Of a stretch of DNA of 55,347 nucleotides, positions 29,425 through 37,220 are shown piece after piece. Source of the DNA: a virus. Taxonomy: Duplodnaviria; Caudoviricetes. How positions within the stretch are numbered: position 1 is the stretch's first letter; every line of letters begins with the position of its first letter. The position numbers and the translations under genes are program-made. The notes under the pieces were generated by a model. The model made no database searches. It saw only the letters and a list, made by a program, of their open reading frames with translations, and was not told where the DNA came from. The DNA lies in the IMG/VR virus record IMGVR_UViG_3300017988_000845, positions 1-55,347 of that record. The stretch is one strand, 5' to 3'.

Positions 29425-30441
29425 CTAAAGTGTGTTGAACACAGGACCCTCGACCTTGCTCTTAGCCATCTGCAGCAATTTTGTCTTCATCTTGGTGAAT
29501 TGCCCGATAAGCCCAGAGAATGGCCCGGATGCTGGGTACTTGAACTGCTGCCCGAGACCATCAACCAGCGTCTGTACGCCCTCGGCACCCAGATTAATTG
29601 TACCCTGAACCGCCGACAACGCCATGATCGCCGCTTCGCAAAGCACGAGTTGCTGCATGAAGGCGAATCGCGATTGATAATCGAACGGGGTTAAGCCCGC
29701 CGTGTACTGATACCAAAGCGCACCTGGAACATTCTCAGCAAATCCCATGAAGGCCAATTGCATGGCGAACAATGGCAACATCTGAACATTCTGCGCAGGC
29801 ACCAGACGAATCAAGCCAAAGTCCTTATCCTCGACATACCATCCGGGGGGCACACGGAAAAAGACATTCAGCAAGGGATAGATATAAGCAATGTTCTTAA
29901 CCGCGGTAATACCCGCTGTCGCATTGTTCTGAGCCGCGCCGGATGTCACGCCATAAGCCAGACTCTGTACTGGACGATAGCGCAAAGTCTGCATCATCCA
30001 GCCTTCATCCTGAGCGCGACTGAACATGAAGTCATAGGCGCTGTCTTCCAGATCATAATCGTAACCCTGCTGCTGAAAGGCACTTGGCGTATTGACGTCC
30101 AGGCCAACCGCAGCGGTAATTGAGGGTGTCAGCGTCGGGGGCGAGGCTACCCACGTCTGGCACAACAGAATCGATGTCTCCTGCTCAACCGTATCCTCAG
30201 CCCATCGCAACCATTGGAGAATTGTTCCAGATGCGACAGGAATCGGCGGATTGCCATAATAGTTCAATGGCACCCCGACAAAATTCTGCAAATCCTGCGG
30301 CGTTAAGCCTGTTTTCGTTTGCGTAAAAACACCAGGCAACTGCGGATATCCGGAAACCACCGGAATGGCCCCAGACGTATCCCACAGCCATAACGCCTGG
30401 GTCGGAACCGGAGGAGCGTAACCTGAGCCGAAGACCGGCAT
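29425..30441 (-). CDS. Head-tail adaptor / neck protein
   Basis: AEDTVEQET.I, LRYRPV, YTAG, VDGL patterns; position after the capsid gene. Confidence 0.65.
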   Translation of the reverse strand: MPVFGSGYAPPVPTQALWLWDTSGAIPVVSGYPQLPGVFTQTKTGLTPQDLQNFVGVPLNYYGNPPIPVASGTILQWLRWAEDTVEQETSILLCQTWVASPPTLTPSITAAVGLDVNTPSAFQQQGYDYDLEDSAYDFMFSRAQDEGWMMQTLRYRPVQSLAYGVTSGAAQNNATAGITAVKNIAYIYPLLNVFFRVPPGWYVEDKDFGLIRLVPAQNVQMLPLFAMQLAFMGFAENVPGALWYQYTAGLTPFDYQSRFAFMQQLVLCEAAIMALSAVQGTINLGAEGVQTLVDGLGQQFKYPASGPFSGLIGQFTKMKTKLLQMAKSKVEGPVFNTL

Positions 30442-30447
30442 GATGAA

Positions 30448-30858
30448 TTACCCCTTAAGAGCGGCTTGGCGCCGGCGCCGTATTAATTCCGCTGCCGAAA
30501 CGGGATGCTCCGGAACTGGACGGGGGCTAGGCGAAGATTGAACAGAAATTGTTTCAGGTTCTATAGATTCCGGTTCTGGAATATCGATGACCTCTGGAGG
30601 GGGTTCTGAAGTCAAAACTTTCTGCTCAGGAACATTGGGCACTTCCGCAAAGGTTACCAACTGAACATCAAGCCGATCACGAAGAATCACCGCATCGTCA
30701 ACACTCAAATCACCAGATTCATACGTACCCGTGAGGCCCAGAATATTGTTCCCAGTAAAAGCGAACCTGACACCAAGATATTCTCCGCTTAACTGCTGGC
30801 GACGGCGCCAGAGATTATCGATCGGGCTTCCACGACGAATGCGCGCGATGAAATGCAT
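30448..30858 (-). CDS. Hypothetical late protein
   Basis: Start re-called at MHFIAR (GAGGT RBS) because ATG 30897 falls inside the -10 of the promoter motif. Confidence 0.55.
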   Translation of the reverse strand: MHFIARIRRGSPIDNLWRRRQQLSGEYLGVRFAFTGNNILGLTGTYESGDLSVDDAVILRDRLDVQLVTFAEVPNVPEQKVLTSEPPPEVIDIPEPESIEPETISVQSSPSPRPVPEHPVSAAELIRRRRQAALKG

Positions 30859-30895
30859 GGTTCTGTACCTACCTCGAGGACAGTCCTCATGCCCC

Positions 30896-30930
30896 ATGAT
30901 AAGAGGCGGTGATCCTACCGAGGATACCTA
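30896..30930 (-). promoter_or_regulatory. Putative late promoter TAGGTAT-N22-TATCAT (neck operon)
   Basis: Copy of the recurrent motif. Confidence 0.7.
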
Positions 30931-31175
30931 ACCGCCCGAAGCAAAATTCCCTTGGCCTCGGCGACTGCCTGCCCCGCCTTAACGACCGCGGAAGTTGTCG
31001 CCGCCAGAGCCTTTTCGGCCAGATGCATGTTGATAGCCCGTGCTTGCCGATCAGCCATGTCCTTGGTCGAATGCCCGCCGCCATCGCGGGGATGCCCCTG
31101 TGGAGTCATCTCAACGTTCCCGGCATGGTCGACGATACGGTACTTTTTGCCTCGCCGCGCGACATGTACAGGCAT
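30915..31175 (-). CDS. Small basic phage protein
   Basis: AAGGA RBS; MPVHVARRGKKYRIV...GGGHST...A.RQARAIN pattern seen in head-module proteins. Confidence 0.6.
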   Translation of the reverse strand: MPVHVARRGKKYRIVDHAGNVEMTPQGHPRDGGGHSTKDMADRQARAINMHLAEKALAATTSAVVKAGQAVAEAKGILLRAVRYPR

Positions 31176-31244
31176 GATCCAATCCTTCAATAGATTGGCC
31201 ATATATCATATATAGGATCAAGGAAGAAAATGAAACAGACGTCT

Positions 31245-31310
31245 TGACCAAAACCCGCCGCCCGCAAGCTCCGGCGTTCAGGCCGGAGATAGGGCGGCGG
31301 GTTTTGGTCA
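31245..31310. terminator. Long hairpin / probable terminator at the 3' end of the tRNA cluster
   Basis: 19-bp perfect arms TGACCAAAACCCGCCGCCC / GGGCGGCGGGTTTTGGTCA enclose a second hairpin CTCCGGC..GCCGGAG. Confidence 0.6.
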
Positions 31311-31315
31311 GCAAA

Positions 31316-31402
31316 TGGCGGAAGGCCGAGGACACGATCCCCTTACCTCGCGGTACGATCTCGCTTCGAACGAGCCCCGGTGTCCTGCCCGGTAGACCTT
31401 CC
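31316..31402 (-). tRNA. tRNA-Ser(CGA), 8/4 fold
   Basis: Acceptor GGAAGGTC/GGCCTTCC (8 bp), T-stem GGGG/CCTC (4 bp), loop TT-CGA-AG, long variable arm, G73, CCA. Confidence 0.85.
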
Positions 31403-31405
31403 AGG

Positions 31406-31494
31406 TGGCGGATGGCAGTGGTCCCGATCCACAAGCACTCTACATGCTCCAGCCGCTTAGCAGGCGGCGCTGGACCTTGTCCAGTTTACCATCC
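31406..31494 (-). tRNA. tRNA-Ser(GCT), 8/4 fold
   Basis: Acceptor GGATGGTA/TGCCATCC, T-stem GTGG/CCAC, anticodon arm GCCGC-CT-GCT-AA-GCGGC, long variable arm, GCCA end. Confidence 0.88.
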
Positions 31495-31497
31495 AAT

Positions 31498-31586
31498 TGG
31501 CGGAGAGCGGATGCACTCGAAGCTCAGGAACTTTCATCCCCCATCCCGCTTCAAACGGGCGCCGGTCCCTGCCCGGTTCACTCTCC
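31498..31586 (-). tRNA. tRNA-Ser(TGA), 8/4 fold
   Basis: Acceptor GGAGAGTG/CGCTCTCC, 4-bp T-stem with a bulge, CCCG-TT-TGA-AG-CGGG, long variable arm, GCCA end. Confidence 0.85.
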
Positions 31587-31588
31587 AA

Positions 31589-31676
31589 TGGCGGATGAAT
31601 GAGATCCCGACTCTCAAGCATTCACATGCTCCAATCGCTTTCTGAGCGATGCCGATCCCCGATCGGTTATTCATCC
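31589..31676 (-). tRNA. tRNA-Ser(AGA), 8/4 fold, atypical C33
   Basis: Acceptor GGATGAAT/ATTCATCC, T-stem GAGA/TCTC, ATCGC-TC-AGA-AA-GCGAT, long variable arm, GCCA end. Confidence 0.8.
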
Positions 31677-31680
31677 AGAA

Positions 31681-31755
31681 TGGTGCCGCCGATTGGTATC
31701 GTCCAATCTCTCGACCTCTTCAGGGTCGCGCTAATCAAGTCTCAGCTACAGCGGC
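31681..31755 (-). tRNA. tRNA-Phe(GAA), atypical T-loop
   Basis: GCCGCTG/CGGCGGC acceptor, CGACC-CT-GAA-GA-GGTCG, T-arm ATTGG-acgata-CCAAT, ACCA end. Confidence 0.8.
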
Positions 31756-31852
31756 AAAAATAGGGAAAACTCTCGGACTAACCAAGAGAAAATGGGGTCA
31801 GCATTTTTCCTTCTGAGGGAAAATGGTCTGCATTGCCTACACCGCCATGAAA

Positions 31853-31928
31853 TGGTGCCCAAGATCTCGAATCGAACGGACGACCTCACTCTTACAAGGA
31901 GTTTGCTCTACCACTGAGCTACAAGGGC
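31853..31928 (-). tRNA. tRNA-Thr(TGT), imperfect acceptor stem
   Basis: TAGCTCAGTGGTAGAGC D-arm, ACTC-CT-TGT-AA-GAGT, TTCGA T-loop, ACCA end; two T.T mismatches in the acceptor stem. Confidence 0.75.
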
Positions 31929-31933
31929 AGAAA

Positions 31934-31958
31934 TGGCGCCCGGGGAGAGGAATCAAAC
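31934..31958 (-). pseudogene. 3' fragment of a truncated tRNA
   Basis: GTTTGATTCCTCTCCCCGGGCGCCA (T-loop, acceptor 3' strand, CCA) abuts the inverted-repeat element. Confidence 0.6.
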
Positions 31959-32368
31959 GGGACTTATATAGATAACTCCCTTATTGGTCGGGATCAGCAT
32001 CGCCCTCGATGTCCGTGGCAAGCCCCAACAGCTTTTTGTGGTAGGTGTCCAACCGCTCAAAATGAGCCTGGATTGCTCCGGCAATTTCTTTCGAGTTTTT
32101 TACCGCAAGAAAATGTCCGACGATTTCTTGATCTTCGTCGCCTTACGCTTTCGCGCCTTCCCGGCCTTGGACTTCGGCTTCGGTCGGAACGACAGATTAG
32201 TTCACCTGCGGTGACTGGTTACCAAACGGCTGTCAACTGGAAAATTTATACCCCGAATCATGCAGATTCGCAAACAGGTTTGTCTAATCAACAAAATGCA
32301 TAGCGGCGCTTTAGTTTTCGGCGAACGACTAAACCTCCTTAATTTAGGGAGTTATCTATATAAGTCCC
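31959..32368. mobile_element. 410-bp non-autonomous MITE-like element with 22-bp terminal inverted repeats (possible IS1595-family remnant)
   Basis: GGGACTTATATAGATAACTCCC (31959-31980) and its exact reverse complement (32347-32368). No transposase and no target duplication seen. Confidence 0.7.
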
Positions 32369-32383
32369 AATTATTTGTCAAAT

Positions 32384-32423
32384 ACCAAAAACCCCCCTGA
32401 AGTTAATCAGGAGGGTTTTTGGT
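32384..32423 (-). terminator. Rho-independent terminator after the major capsid gene
   Basis: Hairpin ACCAAAAACCCtCCTGA-ttaact-TCAGGgGGGTTTTTGGT, 22 nt after the capsid stop. Confidence 0.75.
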
Positions 32424-32445
32424 TCTTTTAGCGAAAAATCACCAG

Positions 32446-34239
32446 TTATGTGGCATTCGCGTTCGCCTGCAACGGATAAAAGTTCGTATTATCGGGCACG
32501 TAGTTCTTCACGAGACCATTGAACTTGCTGATCTTAACTCGCACGGAACCAATCTCAGCAACCGCCCAAGGCATGTAGAGGTTGGCGGCGAATAATTCTA
32601 TCCGGGTCAATGGCAGCAAGAACCGGAAGTCCACGGCCTGGTCATTCTCGTCCAAGTCGAGCAGGAAGATGGTCTCACTGCCCGGGATGTAGGTGTTGTT
32701 GTCGACGAACGTAACCGCCGAAGCGCCACTGGCCGCGACCGTACCGATGTAACGATAAGCTGCCGCATTGGCCACGCCCGAGGACGCCGGCGCATAGCCC
32801 AGGCCCGACCGGTAGATACGGAAGGCCGCGGCATCAGCCGCCGTTGGTCCGGTGATGGACAACGAGTACGCGCCGCTGACCGCAGCAACACCAGAGATGG
32901 ACAGCGTGCTGCCCGATCCCGCGCCGCTCGCCAGGTAGGTCAAGTACGATTCGTTCATTGAACTGTCGCACGAGGCCACGGCGTAGGAGTAAACGCCCGA
33001 GGACGCCGCATAGGCCGCGGTCCACGCACTGCCACTGGCAACCGTCCCAGTGACCGCTGTGGCGGTAACGCTGGCCGGCGGGGTCGGGGCGGAAGTAGAA
33101 GCGGCATTGGCGCCATTGCCGTAAACAATGGTTTGGGCTGGTTTGTCGCGCGCGGTGATGTAGAAGTCGATCGGGAACTGAATCTCGCCGAAGCGGGTCC
33201 GGATACCCTGGAGATCGCCATCAACGATCACGCCATGAACACTCTCCATCGTCGGCGTCAGACGCGTAACGATGTTGTTCAACAGCGTAGTCACCAAGCT
33301 CTGCAAGGAACCGGCGCATACCGGGCTCATGAAGGCATGAGTGATACGACCGTACTGGCGATAGCTGGTGATCGACGCAGCCGCTTCATAGATCAGGTTG
33401 AACAGAGCCTGCGCGCTGCTCCAACCCTGAGCCGAGGCATAGGTGTTGTAGAATGATTGATAGTCAAAGATGTTGCCGCTCGGAATGACACCGGCAATGC
33501 CCTGGAACTGATTGGCAAACAGGGTCGGATTGCCCCAGTAGCAGCAATAGTTCACCGATTCAAGAACGGTCAGGGCAGCGTTGATATTTTCCTGCGCCGT
33601 CACATCGACGAAGCTATTCTGCGCAGCCAACGCGGTGGTGATTGCACGTCCATTCACCGCCAACTTCAGGGTGATGTTATTGAGCTGATAGACACCAGCC
33701 GATGTGGACAACGTGCCAGAAGCAACATTGCCAAAGCCCTGGAATGCGGTGCCCGGCAATCCGCCGCCGGTGTCGGAGGCATACGGCCAGTAATCGACGA
33801 CCTGAAACGCAGCGGACTTGTGAAGAGCCTGATACAGCGTGAAGCTGTTCGGCCGCACAGTGCCGCGGGCCATCTGGGTATCGAGAGACACATAACCGAG
33901 GGACTGACCTCCGGTAATCGACGCGAAAGTGGTCAATGTATTGACGTCAAGCTGTGCCTTGGAGATGGCGCCCTTGGCAAGCAGGTCTTCATTCGTTGGG
34001 AACCGTGCCCGACGCGTGTTCTGCCGGAACATCTTGGAAATGGCATTGGCCTTGGCTATGGCCGGCGCCGTGTCCCGCTGTACCTTCTCAACCAAATCGG
34101 GATTCATCCCCGCGAAGGACATATAAACATCCTTCAGGGGATCGTTCGGGTTGATGTGCCTGATCATCACGTCGAGGGCTTGGCCCATCGCCATGTCGAA
34201 CTGGGCTTTGCTGGTGATGAGGTTACCGCCGTCGGGCAT
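32446..34239 (-). CDS. Major capsid protein with Ser/Gly/Ala-rich insertion domain
   Basis: 597 aa after protease and scaffold, strong GC3 bias, own terminator. GGQSL..VSLD, E.INAAL.VL..V...YWGN..L..NQFQGI and LLPL.RI.L resemble SPO1-like capsid motifs. Confidence 0.85.
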   Translation of the reverse strand: MPDGGNLITSKAQFDMAMGQALDVMIRHINPNDPLKDVYMSFAGMNPDLVEKVQRDTAPAIAKANAISKMFRQNTRRARFPTNEDLLAKGAISKAQLDVNTLTTFASITGGQSLGYVSLDTQMARGTVRPNSFTLYQALHKSAAFQVVDYWPYASDTGGGLPGTAFQGFGNVASGTLSTSAGVYQLNNITLKLAVNGRAITTALAAQNSFVDVTAQENINAALTVLESVNYCCYWGNPTLFANQFQGIAGVIPSGNIFDYQSFYNTYASAQGWSSAQALFNLIYEAAASITSYRQYGRITHAFMSPVCAGSLQSLVTTLLNNIVTRLTPTMESVHGVIVDGDLQGIRTRFGEIQFPIDFYITARDKPAQTIVYGNGANAASTSAPTPPASVTATAVTGTVASGSAWTAAYAASSGVYSYAVASCDSSMNESYLTYLASGAGSGSTLSISGVAAVSGAYSLSITGPTAADAAAFRIYRSGLGYAPASSGVANAAAYRYIGTVAASGASAVTFVDNNTYIPGSETIFLLDLDENDQAVDFRFLLPLTRIELFAANLYMPWAVAEIGSVRVKISKFNGLVKNYVPDNTNFYPLQANANAT

Positions 34240-34264
34240 GATCCTGTTTCCCTCTCGTCAAATC

Positions 34265-35572
34265 TCAGGCCGCAGCCCGGCCGAAAAGCATCTGTACCGC
34301 CGTCGAGGACTTCGCGATGCGGTCCGTGACGATCTTCTTGTCGATCAACCCGGCCGCCGCGGCACCCGCCTTGGAAATGATGTCGAGCGCGGCAAGACGA
34401 TCGGCGTCGAGCAACTGTCCAGCGTCGCACAGTTCTTCGATCCGCTGCGGAGTCACCTGCGCGATGGTATCGCCGGCCACCGACTTGCTGATCTCGGGTA
34501 CGACACCGGTTCCACGGGACTGCCCCATGATGGTGGACATCATTCCCTGGACATCGGTCTTCAGCAAACCGAACCCACTGAGCGCGTCATCGATCTTCTT
34601 GCCCATGGCTTCGATCGCCTTGGCGGCGCTGTCATCCTGGTTTCCGGTCGCCGGATCCTGCTTGGCCGCCTGGTTGCCCTTGGCCGGCTTCTTGGCCTTG
34701 GACTTGGCGTCGCCCTCTTCCTCTTCCTCTTCGTCCTCTTCCTCTTCGTCCTCTTCCTCTTCCTGGACGACATTGATGTCGGCCTTGGCGGCGAGGGTCA
34801 GAATATCGGTCTCGAAGTGTGCCTTGGAAAGTTCCTTCGACAAACGGGCAATCGCAAGAGCCTTCCCAAGGAAGAGCGCGGCGCGCTTGTCCAATTCCTT
34901 TGCCGACTTGCGGCAGGCCTTCCGTTCTTCGGCGGTCTTCATGTCCTTCGCCTTGTCGCGGGTCTTCGCGGCCTTGGCGATAAGAACACGCGCCTTGGCG
35001 AGGAACGACTTGACCAAGAGCTTATTGGCGACCGGCGACTTGGAGATCAGGGTGCGCGCCTTGGCCGCATTGATCTCGACAACCTCCGATTCCTCTTCGT
35101 CCTCTTCCTCTTCGTCCTCTTCCTCTTCGTCGTCTTCTTCCTGTTCGGACTTGACCAATCCGGAAAGGATTGCGGCGACGGACTTGGAATGCTCGATCAA
35201 TGAGCCAATGGCCTCGGTCTGCGCCTTGGAGGCGGCGGCGACCGGTTCCATGATACGCGCCAGACTTTCCGCGGTCAGCGTTGTTCCATTCTGCGGGGCG
35301 GGCATCGAATAATCGCGCACCATGCGTTCGGCACCGCCGCCCGAGGAAGCTTCGGAAGGACCAGTCTTGATCTCTTCGCGCTGCGCGCCCTTGTTCATAT
35401 TGCCCTCCAACCAATGATCGCCGACGACTTCTCCCGGCTTCAGGCTCTGAGCGGCGGAAAGATCCGCAGCGGCCTTGATCAAATTGCCATCCTTGATGGA
35501 CGATTCGATCTCGTTCATCGGGGTATTCTGCAGGATGTGCAGGGCACTGAGGATCTCACTCATCTTGCTCAT
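34265..35572 (-). CDS. Scaffolding-like head protein
   Basis: Between protease and capsid; helical, Lys/Ala-rich, two poly-acidic tracts, many xKS/xKA sites. Confidence 0.7.
   Translation of the reverse strand: MSKMSEILSALHILQNTPMNEIESSIKDGNLIKAAADLSAAQSLKPGEVVGDHWLEGNMNKGAQREEIKTGPSEASSGGGAERMVRDYSMPAPQNGTTLTAESLARIMEPVAAASKAQTEAIGSLIEHSKSVAAILSGLVKSEQEEDDEEEEDEEEEDEEESEVVEINAAKARTLISKSPVANKLLVKSFLAKARVLIAKAAKTRDKAKDMKTAEERKACRKSAKELDKRAALFLGKALAIARLSKELSKAHFETDILTLAAKADINVVQEEEEDEEEEDEEEEEEGDAKSKAKKPAKGNQAAKQDPATGNQDDSAAKAIEAMGKKIDDALSGFGLLKTDVQGMMSTIMGQSRGTGVVPEISKSVAGDTIAQVTPQRIEELCDAGQLLDADRLAALDIISKAGAAAAGLIDKKIVTDRIAKSSTAVQMLFGRAAA
34714..34763. repeat. 15-bp-period coding repeat (poly E/D tract 2)
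   Basis: Repeats of cctcttcctcttcgt encode EEEEDEEEEDEEEEEE. Confidence 0.85.
35090..35141. repeat. 15-bp-period coding repeat (poly E/D tract 1)
   Basis: The same unit encodes EEDDEEEEDEEEEDEEE. Confidence 0.85.
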
Positions 35573-35625
35573 TCGAAAAATCTCCGTGGCTGCGCATCTA
35601 TCGCAACGGTTCGTCTGTTGAAGTC

Positions 35626-35660
35626 ATGATAGTCGGCGGGCATTTGATCCCAAATACCTA
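35626..35660 (-). promoter_or_regulatory. Putative late promoter TAGGTAT-N22-TATCAT (scaffold-capsid)
   Basis: Copy of the recurrent motif. Confidence 0.72.
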
Positions 35661-35664
35661 TTCT

Positions 35665-36606
35665 TCATTGCGTCAAAAGATAGTGCATCAACGCACGAGA
35701 AAGAATCTCGGCCGTACTGCCATCAGCCCCGCAGCATTGGCGGAAATGCACAGAGAAACCAAGCGTGGAAGGAAGAGCATCGCTATACGGACAATGCCCG
35801 GGAAAAATATGCCGTGCGTGCTGCCCAACCAATTCATCCATTGACTTAGGCACATCCATCGGCAATTGGGCATAGGTTGGAATCACTGGAACGGAAGAAG
35901 CTGTTCGCAACGCTGGCAGATCAGATGGAATCCCCGCCACGCCTTCGGCTGATCCGGGTTGCCCGGGGGCACCGTGATCCTTCGCCAGCAAACGAGACTT
36001 GATGATCGCTTCCACATGTGATTTCGCCGAGACAATCTTGGCGTAGCCTTGCAGATCGGTATTGACCGGGTTCCGAGTGAAAGCAAGCGACCGCCAGTCA
36101 ATGCCCTTTATGACGAAGCGCGTTGCCCCACCATACGACGCGCCGCCATCCCGACAATCCTCAACCATATCAGGCATCGGGTAACCAAAAATTGATGCCC
36201 TCCACCGAACCGGGGGTTCAGACTGCAAGCTCTCCCAGAATTCATCGTATCGTCGATTCTTAGGATCGTATGTTCCATCGGGGGATCGCGCGATTTCACC
36301 GACGACCCCGGTGCGGCCACCGCCCAAATCCTTTACCGACAATGGACGACCAATAATATACGACAACGGATTAGGGATGCCCAGCCGATCACCAAGTTCG
36401 GAATAATGATCGATGTCAAGATGTCCGTTCGCAACAAAACTTATGGCTGAATCAAGGAGCGCCTTTTGTAGAACGATATCTCCTTGACTATCCACTGTTT
36501 CACTGCTTGCTTCAACAGAAACAATCCGACGACCATCGGCCACGACCTGTGACTTCATGACAATTGGTATGTCAAGGATAATGGCGTCCTGAAACGTGTC
36601 GAGCAT
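35665..36606 (-). CDS. Prohead (capsid maturation) protease
   Basis: AS.ETVDSQGDIVLQ, G.LDIDH, IIGRP, ASIFG, LAFTRNPVN are HK97/herpes-type protease motifs. Confidence 0.85.
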   Translation of the reverse strand: MLDTFQDAIILDIPIVMKSQVVADGRRIVSVEASSETVDSQGDIVLQKALLDSAISFVANGHLDIDHYSELGDRLGIPNPLSYIIGRPLSVKDLGGGRTGVVGEIARSPDGTYDPKNRRYDEFWESLQSEPPVRWRASIFGYPMPDMVEDCRDGGASYGGATRFVIKGIDWRSLAFTRNPVNTDLQGYAKIVSAKSHVEAIIKSRLLAKDHGAPGQPGSAEGVAGIPSDLPALRTASSVPVIPTYAQLPMDVPKSMDELVGQHARHIFPGHCPYSDALPSTLGFSVHFRQCCGADGSTAEILSRALMHYLLTQ

Positions 36607-36635
36607 ATCTGTGCAACCCGTGAACAATTGCCTCT

Positions 36636-36670
36636 AGGTTAGCCCAGTGCTTATCGGATCGGGATACCTA
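36636..36670 (-). promoter_or_regulatory. Putative late promoter TAGGTAT-N22-TAACCT (protease)
   Basis: Copy of the recurrent motif, directly after a terminator. Confidence 0.7.
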
Positions 36671-36672
36671 TG

Positions 36673-36702
36673 AAAAAAAGACCCCACTACATGAGCGGGG
36701 TC
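36673..36702 (-). terminator. Rho-independent terminator ending the portal-glycosyltransferase unit
   Basis: GACCCCGCT-catgt-AGTGGGGTC followed by T7. Confidence 0.8.
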
Positions 36703-36791
36703 AAGGTTGGGGAGGAAACGTCTACACGGTGTCAAGTTGGACAAGTACCAGATCAGAATCTACGGGTGAATCATCTTCTGGTCAAGAACAT

Positions 36792-37220
36792 TCAGTTGAT
36801 CAGGCCAAGGACGCCACGGCCGGAAGCAATCAACACGGCGCCGGACATGGAAGGCGATTGCGCCAGGTCGAACTGGCGAAACCACCAGAGAAGTGGAAGT
36901 CTGGAAGCAACACGATTCCACCAGTTGCGATCTGTCTTGTCGACCTCGATCGTCACGCCATCAAGCCAGTTCATGAAATATGGACCCCACCAATTTCGCG
37001 TGGCGTGATAAGAGGATTCACAATACAGATCGCGCCGAGTAGCGGCGGCGAAATAAGATAATCGGGCATCCAGGGCATCCGTTCGAGTAACCCTCGTATA
37101 AAGATCACCCCGCTTCTCGACAACCGCCTTCTTATTCCGCCAATCTTCGCAAACGCGGCAGGAACAATCCTTATCCAATACTTGATAATTATAATGTTCC
37201 AAGGGGCCATAGACCCTCAT
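36792..37220 (-). CDS. Hypothetical protein (CxCxxC, Trp-rich)
   Basis: GGAGG RBS and ATGA overlap with the large glycosyltransferase. Confidence 0.6.
   Translation of the reverse strand: MRVYGPLEHYNYQVLDKDCSCRVCEDWRNKKAVVEKRGDLYTRVTRTDALDARLSYFAAATRRDLYCESSYHATRNWWGPYFMNWLDGVTIEVDKTDRNWWNRVASRLPLLWWFRQFDLAQSPSMSGAVLIASGRGVLGLIN

Noticed and set aside
31406-31676. Selenocysteine or suppressor tRNAs
   Set aside because: Long D-stems and 8-bp acceptors recall tRNA-Sec, but the anticodons are Ser sense anticodons and the T-stems are 4 bp.
31756-31852. Additional tRNA in the gap between Phe and Thr
   Set aside because: No cloverleaf found, only a short hairpin.
32353-32381. Hybrid promoter formed by TTGACA and the MITE end
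   Set aside because: The -35 is perfect, but the correctly spaced -10 (TAGATA) lacks the conserved final T.
34151-35312. Long plus-strand ORFs with poly-Ser or LFLF runs (and similar antisense ORFs elsewhere)
   Set aside because: They are reverse complements of the scaffold's poly-acidic tracts and of other high-GC3 genes, with no independent signals.
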